The notes below the pieces were generated by a model. It had not been told where the DNA came from, ran no database searches, and saw only the letters and a list, made by a program, of their open reading frames with translations. Positions 10,322-19,322 of a stretch of DNA of 64,000 nucleotides are shown one piece after another (positions within the stretch are counted from its first letter, which is position 1; each line of letters begins with the position of its first letter). The stretch lies in the IMG/VR virus record IMGVR_UViG_3300035670_000030, positions 64,001 to 128,000 of that record. One strand, given 5' to 3'. Made by a program: the position numbers and the translations under genes. The DNA is from a virus.

Positions 10322-10912
10322 TTATACCATAATATCATTAATTTCTAATGATGTCAATTTTTTTTTAGCGAATTCTATAAATTTATTATGCCAATTCAGA
10401 ACTGTTTGCGGAGTTACGTTTAAAATCTGAGCTATTTCTGAATAGTTTAAGATTCTTTCTTTATTATAAAAATAACGATAGTAAATCGCATTTTTAGTAT
10501 TTGGGTCAGATATCTGATGAAATAAATCTATGATATTATTGATAGATTCTTTTTTATTTGAAAGATTTTCAAATTTATTAGAATTGTTAATAAAAAATTC
10601 TAAATGAGTATCTTCTGTTGGTACTAATTTTGAGTTTTTATTTTTAAAATTTAAGCAAAAAAATCTTACTTGATTTCCAAGCCATGTAGAAAACTTGCTT
10701 CCTTTTTTAGAATCAAAGGACTTTGCAGCATTAAAAATAATCCAGTATTTATTATCATTAAGTTCGTTAATATCTAAATTACAAGTACTACAATACTTTT
10801 TTCCAATATTGAATATCATTCCACTATGCCGATTAACTAACTCTTTCAAACTTTCATTACATTGGTCATTAATTATTCTTTTTATTAAAGTTTCATCTTT
10901 TAATTTTCTCAT
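10322..10912 (-). CDS. Phage RNA polymerase sigma70-family factor
   Basis: Region 2 (AAKSFDSKKGSKFSTWL) and region 4 HTH (YSEIAQILNVTPQTVLNW); ATG at 10912 or TTG at 10918. Confidence 0.85.
   Translation of the reverse strand: MRKLKDETLIKRIINDQCNESLKELVNRHSGMIFNIGKKYCSTCNLDINELNDNKYWIIFNAAKSFDSKKGSKFSTWLGNQVRFFCLNFKNKNSKLVPTEDTHLEFFINNSNKFENLSNKKESINNIIDLFHQISDPNTKNAIYYRYFYNKERILNYSEIAQILNVTPQTVLNWHNKFIEFAKKKLTSLEINDIMV
10329..10357 (-). promoter_or_regulatory. sigma70-type promoter with extended -10
   Basis: TTGACA-17 nt-TATTAT with a TGn extension, 9 nt before the ATG at 10319; embedded in the 3' end of the upstream CDS. Confidence 0.7.
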
Positions 10913-10987
10913 TATCAATCATATAACAAATATTAATTTTAAAGTCAAATAAAAAAATTAGATTTTTTAAAAAATCATAATATTATC

Positions 10988-11035
10988 TTTGTGAGCAAAG
11001 CGAACAAATCGAAGCCGAACGAAGTGAGGTTTCGA
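10988..11035 (+). other. Two abutting hairpins with tandem G.A mismatches and 3-nt loops (candidate ssDNA origin or primosome site)
   Basis: tttgt-GA-GC-AAA-GC-GA-acaaa followed directly by tcgaagcc-GA-AC-GAA-GT-GA-ggtttcga, in the divergent intergenic region. Confidence 0.6.
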
Positions 11036-11073
11036 AAAAGAAATGTTCCTTTACTTTAACTTTTTTTAAAGTA

Positions 11074-11472
11074 ATGTCAAGTTTATTTTTAATTTTACTC
11101 TGTTGTTTGGGCGCATTAATTATACATTTATGGTTTTATTCTGATTTTTTTGCTTATTATGCTAAGTCTATAAGATTTTTTATCCCTAAAAAAATATATT
11201 CATGGCTTTTAATTAACGAATATTTAGAAAATCAAGATCCGAATTTATTTTTTGATAGTTACATTGAGTATTTATTTGTCAAAAGATCTTTTACAAAATC
11301 TTTTAAAATACAATTTTTCTTAAAATTATTTTCTTGTATAACATGTTTTACAGTATGGGCTTCAATAATTATTTCTTTAATATATGGTAGTTTATTATAC
11401 GTGGGTTTAGTATTCATTATTTTAAGAATATTAGATTTTATTCTTAGATACATATTAAAAAAAGCTATATAA
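11074..11472 (+). CDS. Membrane protein with CxxC motif (DUF1360-like)
   Basis: About three hydrophobic segments; LFSCITCFTVW. Confidence 0.6.
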   Translation: MSSLFLILLCCLGALIIHLWFYSDFFAYYAKSIRFFIPKKIYSWLLINEYLENQDPNLFFDSYIEYLFVKRSFTKSFKIQFFLKLFSCITCFTVWASIIISLIYGSLLYVGLVFIILRILDFILRYILKKAI

Positions 11473-11478
11473 TGAATT

Positions 11479-11913
11479 ATGAAAAAATTAGATTTTTGCA
11501 AACCTACTAAATCTGTAACTGGAGCATGGATTACTTTTGGATTAACTAAAGATCAAGAAGACCAAAAAAAGAATGGTTTTTATGTTAACGCTATTAGGCA
11601 AGCTGGATGGAATGACGAAACTAAAAATGGAACATTTAAAGAAAATGTCAATAATCCTGAAAAACATAAAAGAATTAAGCTTAGTGAAAATGATATTGCT
11701 GAAATGCTTCTTGTTTTACAATCTAACGGTTCAAAAAAATGGTCTACAGTCCATGCTGGTAAAACACCTATTTTTGTAGAACCTTTTATAAAAGAAGAAA
11801 AACATCTTGGATATTTAATTAAGCTTGGTGGTATTGGTATTGCTTTAAATTTTGCAGAAACCCTTCGTCTTCAAGAATATTTAAAATTGACATTACAACA
11901 AATGTATTTATAA
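11479..11913 (+). CDS. Hypothetical protein, possibly a PC4/Whirly-like ssDNA-binding fold
   Basis: Two beta-strand/helix units (KRIKLSENDIAEML; IALNFAETLRL); the fold call is inference. Confidence 0.4.
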   Translation: MKKLDFCKPTKSVTGAWITFGLTKDQEDQKKNGFYVNAIRQAGWNDETKNGTFKENVNNPEKHKRIKLSENDIAEMLLVLQSNGSKKWSTVHAGKTPIFVEPFIKEEKHLGYLIKLGGIGIALNFAETLRLQEYLKLTLQQMYL

Positions 11914-11914
11914 T
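11887..11914 (+). promoter_or_regulatory. sigma70-type promoter
   Basis: Consensus hexamers TTGACA-16 nt-TATAAT, 8 nt before the ATG at 11923. Confidence 0.7.
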
Positions 11915-11922
11915 ACATTAAT

Positions 11923-13842
11923 ATGCGTAAAAAAAGAGTCTTATTTTTAACAGATTACGCTGGAGCTTTTACTGGTTTTGGTAAACAATGTAAATTATTG
12001 TTAACTTATTTATATAAAACTGGTAAGTATGAAATTTTGAATGCAGCGCAAGGTACTCCAAAACATGGACCTCATACACAAAAATACCCTTGGCAAACAA
12101 TCGGTGTCCTTCCAGATGATCCTCAAAAAATTCAACAAATAAATCAAGATCCAAATCTCGCAAGAAATGCTGCATATGGAGCCTTAGAAATTAATAATAT
12201 TGTCAATAGTTTTAAACCAGATGTGGTCTTTTCAATTAATGATACATGGGGATCCCAATTTGTTATTGATATGCCATTTTTTAAAAAGATTCCGACAGTA
12301 TGCTGGAATACCTTTGATTCATTACCTTTACTCCCAGATACAATAGATAAAGCTAATAAAATCACTAATTATTGGACTTGGAGTGATTTTGCAAGAAAAG
12401 AATTCCATAAACTTGGTTTTAGTCATGTCAAAAATCAATACCCTTTAGTCAATACAAATAATTTCTATAAATTACCAGATAGCAAAATAGCAGAAATTAA
12501 AGCTAGATTTGGGTTACCACAAGATGCTTTTATTATTGGTTTCGTTTTTAGAAATCAACTACGTAAATTAGTCAATACTCAAATTGAAGCGTATTCTCTT
12601 TTTAAAAAACATAATCCAGAAATAAAAAATACATTTTTATATACACATACTCATTATGGAGAAGGATGGGATATTCATCGTTTGTGTCAACAGTATGGAG
12701 TAGATCCTAGAGAAGTCCTTTGTACGTATGTTTGCAAAGAAACTCGTCAATACTTTATCGCTCCATTTCATGGTCAAGATATTGAAAATCCAATTACTAA
12801 AAGAAAAACATTAGTAACCGCCAATGTTGGTGTGGGGGTCACAGATGAGCAGTTAAACGAAATATATAATATATTTTCTCTTTATTCTCACCCAGCTACA
12901 TCTGGCGCTTGTGAGTTACCGTGTGTAGAAGCAGCTTTAACAGAAAAAATAATCACAACTTGTCCATATTCATTTGGTGAAGATATTATTGAGTATAATA
13001 AAGGAAGCATCGCAATGAAGTTTACGTTTTATACAGAACATGGAACTCAATTCTTAAAATCACAACCGTCTCCATATGAACTTTCTAAGATCTTCAAAAA
13101 AGTATATGAAATGAAGCCACAAGTCAAATATAAAATGGAACAAGATTCTAGAAAATGGGCTTTAGATAATTATGCGATTGAAGTAAATGGAAAAAAAATT
13201 GAAGAATTTATTGACGCGCAGGAGTTACTAAACGACGAAGATTTTAATTTTAATCTAGTTTCTAATAATAATCCAAATCCAGATGCAAAAGTAGAAGATC
13301 ATTCAGATGACAAAGAATGGGTCAAATCTTTATATAAATTGATTTTAGACAGAGACGTATCTGATCAAGACGAAGGATTAATCCATTGGCTACAAAAAAT
13401 TGAACAAAAAGTGCCAAAAGATCAAATAGAAAACTATTTTAGACAAGTTGCGAAAGAGGAGTTATCAAAAAATACTCCGATTAATTTTGAAGATCTTTTA
13501 GATAAAGATGATTTTGGTCGAAGAGGTTTAATTGTTATGCCAGAAAGTATTGGAGATGTATTTATGGTAACAAGTCTTTTTGAATCTTTTAAAGAGGTTT
13601 ACCCAAATTATAATTTATATGTAGCAACAAAACAAGAATATTTTGATATATTGATCGGAAATCCACATATTCATAGAATTATTCCATACATACCCCAAAT
13701 GGATAATTTATTATGGTTAGAAGGTGCTGGCGATCATAAAGGCTTTTTTGAAGTTGCTTTTCTTCCACATATCGGAACGCAAAGAATACTTAATTATTTA
13801 CATAATGGTAAAGATATTATTCAATTTGAAATAAATAAATAA
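11923..13842 (+). CDS. Multidomain glycosyltransferase: GT4-like + DUF4214-like + N-lobe of GT9
   Basis: TGFG, FRNQLRK, GACELPCVEAA (GT4); WVKSLYKLILDR..DEGLIHW (DUF4214-like); ESIGDVFMVTS...YPNY...NPHI (GT9 N-lobe). Confidence 0.8.
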   Translation: MRKKRVLFLTDYAGAFTGFGKQCKLLLTYLYKTGKYEILNAAQGTPKHGPHTQKYPWQTIGVLPDDPQKIQQINQDPNLARNAAYGALEINNIVNSFKPDVVFSINDTWGSQFVIDMPFFKKIPTVCWNTFDSLPLLPDTIDKANKITNYWTWSDFARKEFHKLGFSHVKNQYPLVNTNNFYKLPDSKIAEIKARFGLPQDAFIIGFVFRNQLRKLVNTQIEAYSLFKKHNPEIKNTFLYTHTHYGEGWDIHRLCQQYGVDPREVLCTYVCKETRQYFIAPFHGQDIENPITKRKTLVTANVGVGVTDEQLNEIYNIFSLYSHPATSGACELPCVEAALTEKIITTCPYSFGEDIIEYNKGSIAMKFTFYTEHGTQFLKSQPSPYELSKIFKKVYEMKPQVKYKMEQDSRKWALDNYAIEVNGKKIEEFIDAQELLNDEDFNFNLVSNNNPNPDAKVEDHSDDKEWVKSLYKLILDRDVSDQDEGLIHWLQKIEQKVPKDQIENYFRQVAKEELSKNTPINFEDLLDKDDFGRRGLIVMPESIGDVFMVTSLFESFKEVYPNYNLYVATKQEYFDILIGNPHIHRIIPYIPQMDNLLWLEGAGDHKGFFEVAFLPHIGTQRILNYLHNGKDIIQFEINK

Positions 13843-13843
13843 A

Positions 13844-15049
13844 ATGCATATATTAGAACAATACGCTTTAAATTGTGGTCTTAAAATTGGCAAACCATAT
13901 ATTCACGAGAAATATTTTCCATTGCCATTTGAAAAGTATATTACATTCAACCCATTTGGAAAATTTAATTCTAGAAAATATTCTTACTGGCAAGATGTTA
14001 TAGATTTAATATTTCCTATTTTATCTAAAGAAAATATTGGAATTGTTCAAATTGGTGGTCAAAATGAAATTGCCTATCAAAATTGTACTCCCTTAATGGG
14101 TCAAACAAATTTTAATCAAACAGCATATATTATTAATAATTCTTTACTTCATTTTGGTGTTGATAGTTTTCCTATACATATGGCATCTTATTTTGATAAA
14201 AAAATTGTAGCTTTATATTGTAATATGTACGCCCAACAATCTAAGCCTTATTGGTCAAGCCCTGAAAATATAAAATTAATACAGGCAGATCTTAATGGTA
14301 AAAAGCCGTCATATGCAGCAGAAGAAAATCCTAAAACAATTGATAATATTAAACCAGAAGAAATTGCTTCTTCAATCTTAAGTCTTCTTGGACTTGATAA
14401 AACAATTAATCAAAAAACAATTTTTATTGGAAATAAATACGGTGCTTTATTATTAGAAGCTATCCCGTCTGTAATCTTGCCTCCAAATTTATTTCCAAAT
14501 TTAATTTTAAATATTAGGTATGATTATATAAATGATATAAAAGAAGACGATTATATTTGTACTTTAAATAATTTAAATATAAGAAATTGTTCTATTATTA
14601 CAGATAAAGTTATAGATATTGAAAAATTAGTACAATTAAAAGATAAAATTACTAATTTGATTTACGATATTAGTTTTAATAATGTTAACACTACTTTTAT
14701 AAATAAAGTTAAGTCATTGGGAATCAAAATTGATTTAATTTTTCAAAAATCGGATGAAAATAATGAAACAATTTTAAACAATAAAAAGTTAGAACTTTTA
14801 GAGTATCAAGAACAAATTAATATTATAGAAAATAATTTAAATATTGATTTAATTAAAGATAGCAAATACTACAAAAGTAAAAAACTTTTATTTGCAAATA
14901 ATAATGTTTATCTAAGTAAAGCTGCTTATATAGAAAATAAACCTATAGAATTGACTGGCGATATAAATGTTTATCAAAAATTATCAGAAATTAACAATTT
15001 AAAATTACTTGTTAAAAATGACGCTGAATATTGTTTATTTTTTAAATAA
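13844..15049 (+). CDS. GT9 (heptosyltransferase-like) C-lobe plus unknown C-terminal domain
   Basis: RKYSYW, IVQIGG, LMGQTNFNQTAYII, FGVDSFPIHMAS, IKPEEI. Confidence 0.75.
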   Translation: MHILEQYALNCGLKIGKPYIHEKYFPLPFEKYITFNPFGKFNSRKYSYWQDVIDLIFPILSKENIGIVQIGGQNEIAYQNCTPLMGQTNFNQTAYIINNSLLHFGVDSFPIHMASYFDKKIVALYCNMYAQQSKPYWSSPENIKLIQADLNGKKPSYAAEENPKTIDNIKPEEIASSILSLLGLDKTINQKTIFIGNKYGALLLEAIPSVILPPNLFPNLILNIRYDYINDIKEDDYICTLNNLNIRNCSIITDKVIDIEKLVQLKDKITNLIYDISFNNVNTTFINKVKSLGIKIDLIFQKSDENNETILNNKKLELLEYQEQINIIENNLNIDLIKDSKYYKSKKLLFANNNVYLSKAAYIENKPIELTGDINVYQKLSEINNLKLLVKNDAEYCLFFK

Positions 15050-15052
15050 TGT

Positions 15053-15083
15053 TTGACATATAGATCAAATTTTGCAATACTAT
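15053..15083 (+). promoter_or_regulatory. sigma70-type promoter
   Basis: TTGACA at 15053 with AATACT (17-nt spacer) or TACTAT (19-nt spacer), just before the ATG at 15088. Confidence 0.55.
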
Positions 15084-15087
15084 TTAA

Positions 15088-15846
15088 ATGTCAGATAAAA
15101 TTGTATATCGTTATAAAAATCAAGTCAGTAATTTTAAAAGAGACGTGAACGGTCTTTTAGAGTGCGTAGATTATATTTTTAATCCAGATAATACAATCAA
15201 CTGGAGAGCGATGATCAATAAAGAACATCTTGTTCCGAATCGTGATGCTTTTAAAAATCAAAAAGATATTAATTTAAAAGAAGTAGATGTATCTACATTA
15301 GCAGATAATCAATTGCTTATTCTTCTCGCTGGAATCAAAGAACTCGCCCAAATTAGAGGTTATAAAAATGTATCTTATGATGTCATTCAAGCACAGCCAG
15401 ATTATGTAGCAGTTAAATGTACAATTGATTGGCTTCCAAATTATGAAACAAATATGGAGCAAGTTTCATTTTCAGCCCTGGCTGATGCTCATTTAGATAA
15501 TACAAAAGATTTTGCTAAAAATTTCTTAATGGCCATAGCTGAAAACAGGGCTTTTATTCGTACCGTTCGTAGTTTTCTTAAAATTAATATTGTTGGTAAT
15601 GATGAAATGGGTAAAACAACACATGTTGATGTAGATTTAGAGCCTAATACTTCAATAACACAACCCGTAGCTCTTTTAGAAAAAACTATGGAAGAATATG
15701 CCATTTCTTTTGAACAGATCAAGGATAGAGCTATCCAGAAAAAAATGGAAGGTGCCGAAAATTGGTCTAGTATAAAAGATATATCTCCGTTATCGATGTT
15801 TACAATTATTAGCGGAATTAAAAATAAAAATAAAAAATCTATGTAA
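15088..15846 (+). CDS. Rad52/Sak-like single-strand annealing protein
   Basis: LAGIKELA, VAVKCTI, FSALADA, MAIAENRAFIRTVR..L.I....DE pattern. Confidence 0.6.
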   Translation: MSDKIVYRYKNQVSNFKRDVNGLLECVDYIFNPDNTINWRAMINKEHLVPNRDAFKNQKDINLKEVDVSTLADNQLLILLAGIKELAQIRGYKNVSYDVIQAQPDYVAVKCTIDWLPNYETNMEQVSFSALADAHLDNTKDFAKNFLMAIAENRAFIRTVRSFLKINIVGNDEMGKTTHVDVDLEPNTSITQPVALLEKTMEEYAISFEQIKDRAIQKKMEGAENWSSIKDISPLSMFTIISGIKNKNKKSM

Positions 15847-17680
15847 TTTTTGGTGGAAAGATATTATTTTTATCAAAATCATCTCTTTGCCACTCTAAGA
15901 GTTCAAAACTTGGCTGCTTAAGGTAACTAATTTTAAAAGTATTATTTATCTCTTTCTCAAAAGAGAGTTCTTTACAATCTTTATTGTCAAAGATAAATTC
16001 TTGTTCTTTTAGTCTAAATACTTCAATATCAAATGAATTATTAGATAATTTTATTTGACATTTAGTTTTTTCAAATTCTAATTCTTTTTCTTCTTCTGCA
16101 CAGTCACTAGTTTTATACTTTGGTGGATCAATCTGAATTGTATCACTAGTTGTTAAAATATAATTTATAGACATCGGATTAGTAGAACCTATTCTGTCAT
16201 AATTATCGTTTGTTGTTGCTAATATGCTTGCTGGACTCTCAGTATTTAGCATACTTACAATATCATCTTCTTCTAGTAATTTTAAAATATTCAACATTAA
16301 TTCAGCATTTTGACCAACTGTATAAGAAGAAGTTTGTGCGCTTGATGATGACGATGACGATGATGAACTACTTATATCTTCACATTCTGTATCTTCACAA
16401 TTTTTATCTTTATCTATAATAGATCCGTATAAATATATTTCATGGTAAAGCTCAAAAAAACACATATATATTTTTTTACTTCTGATATAAAATAAGTCAG
16501 AAATGTAAAAATCTAAATATTGGTAAGTAGAATCTACAATACTATTATTATTATTTATATTATATTTTGCAGATCCAAATTTAGTAAATTCTTTTTCAAA
16601 GTTTTTTTGTTTATCAACAATATCTGGTGTTAAAGGGGATACTCCGCCAAGGTCATAAGTATGTTTATTAATTACAGATAAAACATTATCAATATTTCCA
16701 AAAATATCTGAAAAAGGATTTTGCGATATAATGACAGGGTCATTTATAAATGTAGAGTTAAAATTAAATTTATTACTATTTTGAAAAATAGATTTAAATG
16801 CGTTTGAATCAAAAGCCCATTCATCTTTAAAGATCTTAGTATTTGAATTATAAAGTAATTCTTCTTTATTTTTATCTTCTTTAATATTAATAATGGTTTC
16901 ATAATTTACAGAGTCAGCGCCTAATCTTTTTTGAAGCTCTTGAAAATCAAAAATTTTTGTAGAATTAAAATTTATATTATGTTTAATTTTTTGATTATAT
17001 TCAATTGGTTTATACCATACTACTGTAGCTTCTATTCTAACATTTGCTCCTAATGTATCTACAGCTGTAAATGATAAGGTTGATAAAGGTGTTTTTGGAA
17101 TTAAGTTCTGATTAAATGCTGATGCAGCATTTCCATCTGTAATTTTTGTACCATTTAAATAGCCTATATCATCAGCCACACCAACTGCTTTAAAATATGT
17201 TGGACTACCATCTGGACTATTAAAAACTATAGGCCCAGCAGTATCTCCAGCTTCCGCTCCACCATCTTTAAAATCTCTTTTACATTCCGGACATTCTGGT
17301 GAAAAATTATTTCCTTTTGATTCTATTTCTATATCAGAATTAATTATAACACCTTTAATCATTTTATGAAATAGTCCTTTATATTTATAAAATTCTGTTT
17401 CTGGAATTATAAGATAATTTTTACAAAATTTATTTGGAAATTCTAATTTATCAAATAGTGTAGAACCATATTTATTTTTTTTATACCATTTAAAAACCTC
17501 TTCCTCAGTTTCAAATTCTTTCGGCTTTTCTACGCTTGAATCCGGATCTTTTTCTGCAAAAGACGCTCTAAAAAAATGAATTGGAACATCGCTTATACGC
17601 CTATCTATAGAAAATTCTGGACGATACCCAAAATTACTATAAATACCATGAAAAACATGTTTATTTATTTTTGTCGCCAT
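15839..17680 (-). CDS. Putative tail-associated protein with internal poly-Ser and shared 24-aa motif
   Basis: Last gene of the tail operon; poly-Ser followed by SSYTVGQNAELMLNILKLLEEDDI. Confidence 0.55.
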   Translation of the reverse strand: MATKINKHVFHGIYSNFGYRPEFSIDRRISDVPIHFFRASFAEKDPDSSVEKPKEFETEEEVFKWYKKNKYGSTLFDKLEFPNKFCKNYLIIPETEFYKYKGLFHKMIKGVIINSDIEIESKGNNFSPECPECKRDFKDGGAEAGDTAGPIVFNSPDGSPTYFKAVGVADDIGYLNGTKITDGNAASAFNQNLIPKTPLSTLSFTAVDTLGANVRIEATVVWYKPIEYNQKIKHNINFNSTKIFDFQELQKRLGADSVNYETIINIKEDKNKEELLYNSNTKIFKDEWAFDSNAFKSIFQNSNKFNFNSTFINDPVIISQNPFSDIFGNIDNVLSVINKHTYDLGGVSPLTPDIVDKQKNFEKEFTKFGSAKYNINNNNSIVDSTYQYLDFYISDLFYIRSKKIYMCFFELYHEIYLYGSIIDKDKNCEDTECEDISSSSSSSSSSSAQTSSYTVGQNAELMLNILKLLEEDDIVSMLNTESPASILATTNDNYDRIGSTNPMSINYILTTSDTIQIDPPKYKTSDCAEEEKELEFEKTKCQIKLSNNSFDIEVFRLKEQEFIFDNKDCKELSFEKEINNTFKISYLKQPSFELLEWQRDDFDKNNIFPPKIT

Positions 17681-17684
17681 TTTA

Positions 17685-18260
17685 TTAAAAATTCAATCTG
17701 CCACCAGCAAATGGAACTGGATAAATAACTGGAACTCCGTCAAATACCATGTTACACATTAATAAATTCGTGTTAATATTTTGCATAATATAAGCAGTAT
17801 TCACAGCACTTTCATTTCCAGGAAGACCAGCAACAGCTTCATCATCTGAGACAAAAACACCAATAATAATTCTTGCTTCAATTTGTCTTAAATTATCACC
17901 TGATTCAAAAGTTACTGGTTGTAGCTCGTTAACTGTTTTATCATCTGAAACCCAAATAATTCTGGCCTCTTGGGCTTGTAAATTATTAACAGATACTTTT
18001 AAAACACAATAATAATTTTCACCAGGAAAAGAACTTGGAACTTCTTGAGGAAAATCTAATCCTTCAATGGGAATTTTTAACCATTGTAAATATTTACTAG
18101 TTATTCCCATTCCAGTAAAAAGACGAGAATGGTAATTAACTGCCAATGTATAAATAGGAGTTCCGTCTGAACGCGTGCCCTGTTTACCAATATCAATTTT
18201 AAACGGATGTGTTTGTCCAGCTGTAGGTCTAGTAATACCAATTTTATTATAATTCGACAT
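17685..18260 (-). CDS. Putative minor tail protein
   Basis: HPFK N-terminal motif, beta-rich, tail operon context. Confidence 0.5.
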   Translation of the reverse strand: MSNYNKIGITRPTAGQTHPFKIDIGKQGTRSDGTPIYTLAVNYHSRLFTGMGITSKYLQWLKIPIEGLDFPQEVPSSFPGENYYCVLKVSVNNLQAQEARIIWVSDDKTVNELQPVTFESGDNLRQIEARIIIGVFVSDDEAVAGLPGNESAVNTAYIMQNINTNLLMCNMVFDGVPVIYPVPFAGGRLNF

Positions 18261-18264
18261 AAAC

Positions 18265-19320
18265 TTATCCTTCTAAAATATCTGTGAAAAATATATTATT
18301 TCCACTAATAATATATTGGAATTTATTTCCAAAAATATTATATGGATTTGGTTTATATATTTCAATATTTAAGCCAGTATAGATTGTAGATTGATTTAAT
18401 GGTATAATACCAGATCCTGAAAATTGACTAATACCAGTATTAAAAGATATTGGAACGCCAGAATAATTTTGTGGGTTTCTCGGATCTTTAAACCCTGTTA
18501 ATATTGTATAATTTCCACTAAAACTATCTTCCCAAAGAATACCTGATATATTTTTAAATAACTCTATAGGCTCTACTTGTTTAGTATAAAAACCAGAATT
18601 TTCAACAGTAATATTAAAAACGCCTGAAAAAGAACCAATCCAAGAATTAGCTCTTGGTCTATAACTTTCTCCGCCAGTAAAATATCTATTGTGAATTTTA
18701 ATTGACTCTAAATTACTAGAGTCTCTATAAATTCTAAGATCATTGCCATTTTCTCCTTCTCGTAAATAAGAAAATAAAAATAGTTTATTGTCTATTTGAT
18801 AACCAGTAACCCCAACAATTGTTTGTAATAAAGTATATCCTTGATCATTAAATCCTCCTGTTGCTCCAGAATTTAAATTATTTAATAAATTTAAAGGAGA
18901 ACTAAATTGACCTGGATTATCTGCTCCAGTATTATAATAAAATAAGAAATCAGCTATACTTATATAATCTCCATTTTGAAGTCCAGACCCCGTATTATCT
19001 ATAAATTCTATGATATTTTGAGCTGATTTAAAACCTGTAACATAATTAAGATAAACTCTTGTTTGTTGACCTGGATGAGTTAATTGTAAGTTTTGCCAAG
19101 TATATGAACCACTTCCATCTCCAATATAACCATTTAAAACACCAGTTGTAAAATAAATAACTGGCTGTAATCCAGTTGGATTTAAAATAGTTCCAGTAAA
19201 AATTTGATTATCAAAAGAAGTAATATAACCATGCCCACGATATGAATTGATTGTTGTATTTATACGGTTATCAATGGTATGATAAAAATCTACTTTTTTT
19301 ATCCTAATAATCTCAGACAT
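18265..19320 (-). CDS. Putative tail structural protein (TG/SG-rich)
   Basis: Composition and operon context. Confidence 0.5.
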   Translation of the reverse strand: MSEIIRIKKVDFYHTIDNRINTTINSYRGHGYITSFDNQIFTGTILNPTGLQPVIYFTTGVLNGYIGDGSGSYTWQNLQLTHPGQQTRVYLNYVTGFKSAQNIIEFIDNTGSGLQNGDYISIADFLFYYNTGADNPGQFSSPLNLLNNLNSGATGGFNDQGYTLLQTIVGVTGYQIDNKLFLFSYLREGENGNDLRIYRDSSNLESIKIHNRYFTGGESYRPRANSWIGSFSGVFNITVENSGFYTKQVEPIELFKNISGILWEDSFSGNYTILTGFKDPRNPQNYSGVPISFNTGISQFSGSGIIPLNQSTIYTGLNIEIYKPNPYNIFGNKFQYIISGNNIFFTDILEG

Positions 19321-19322
19321 AA

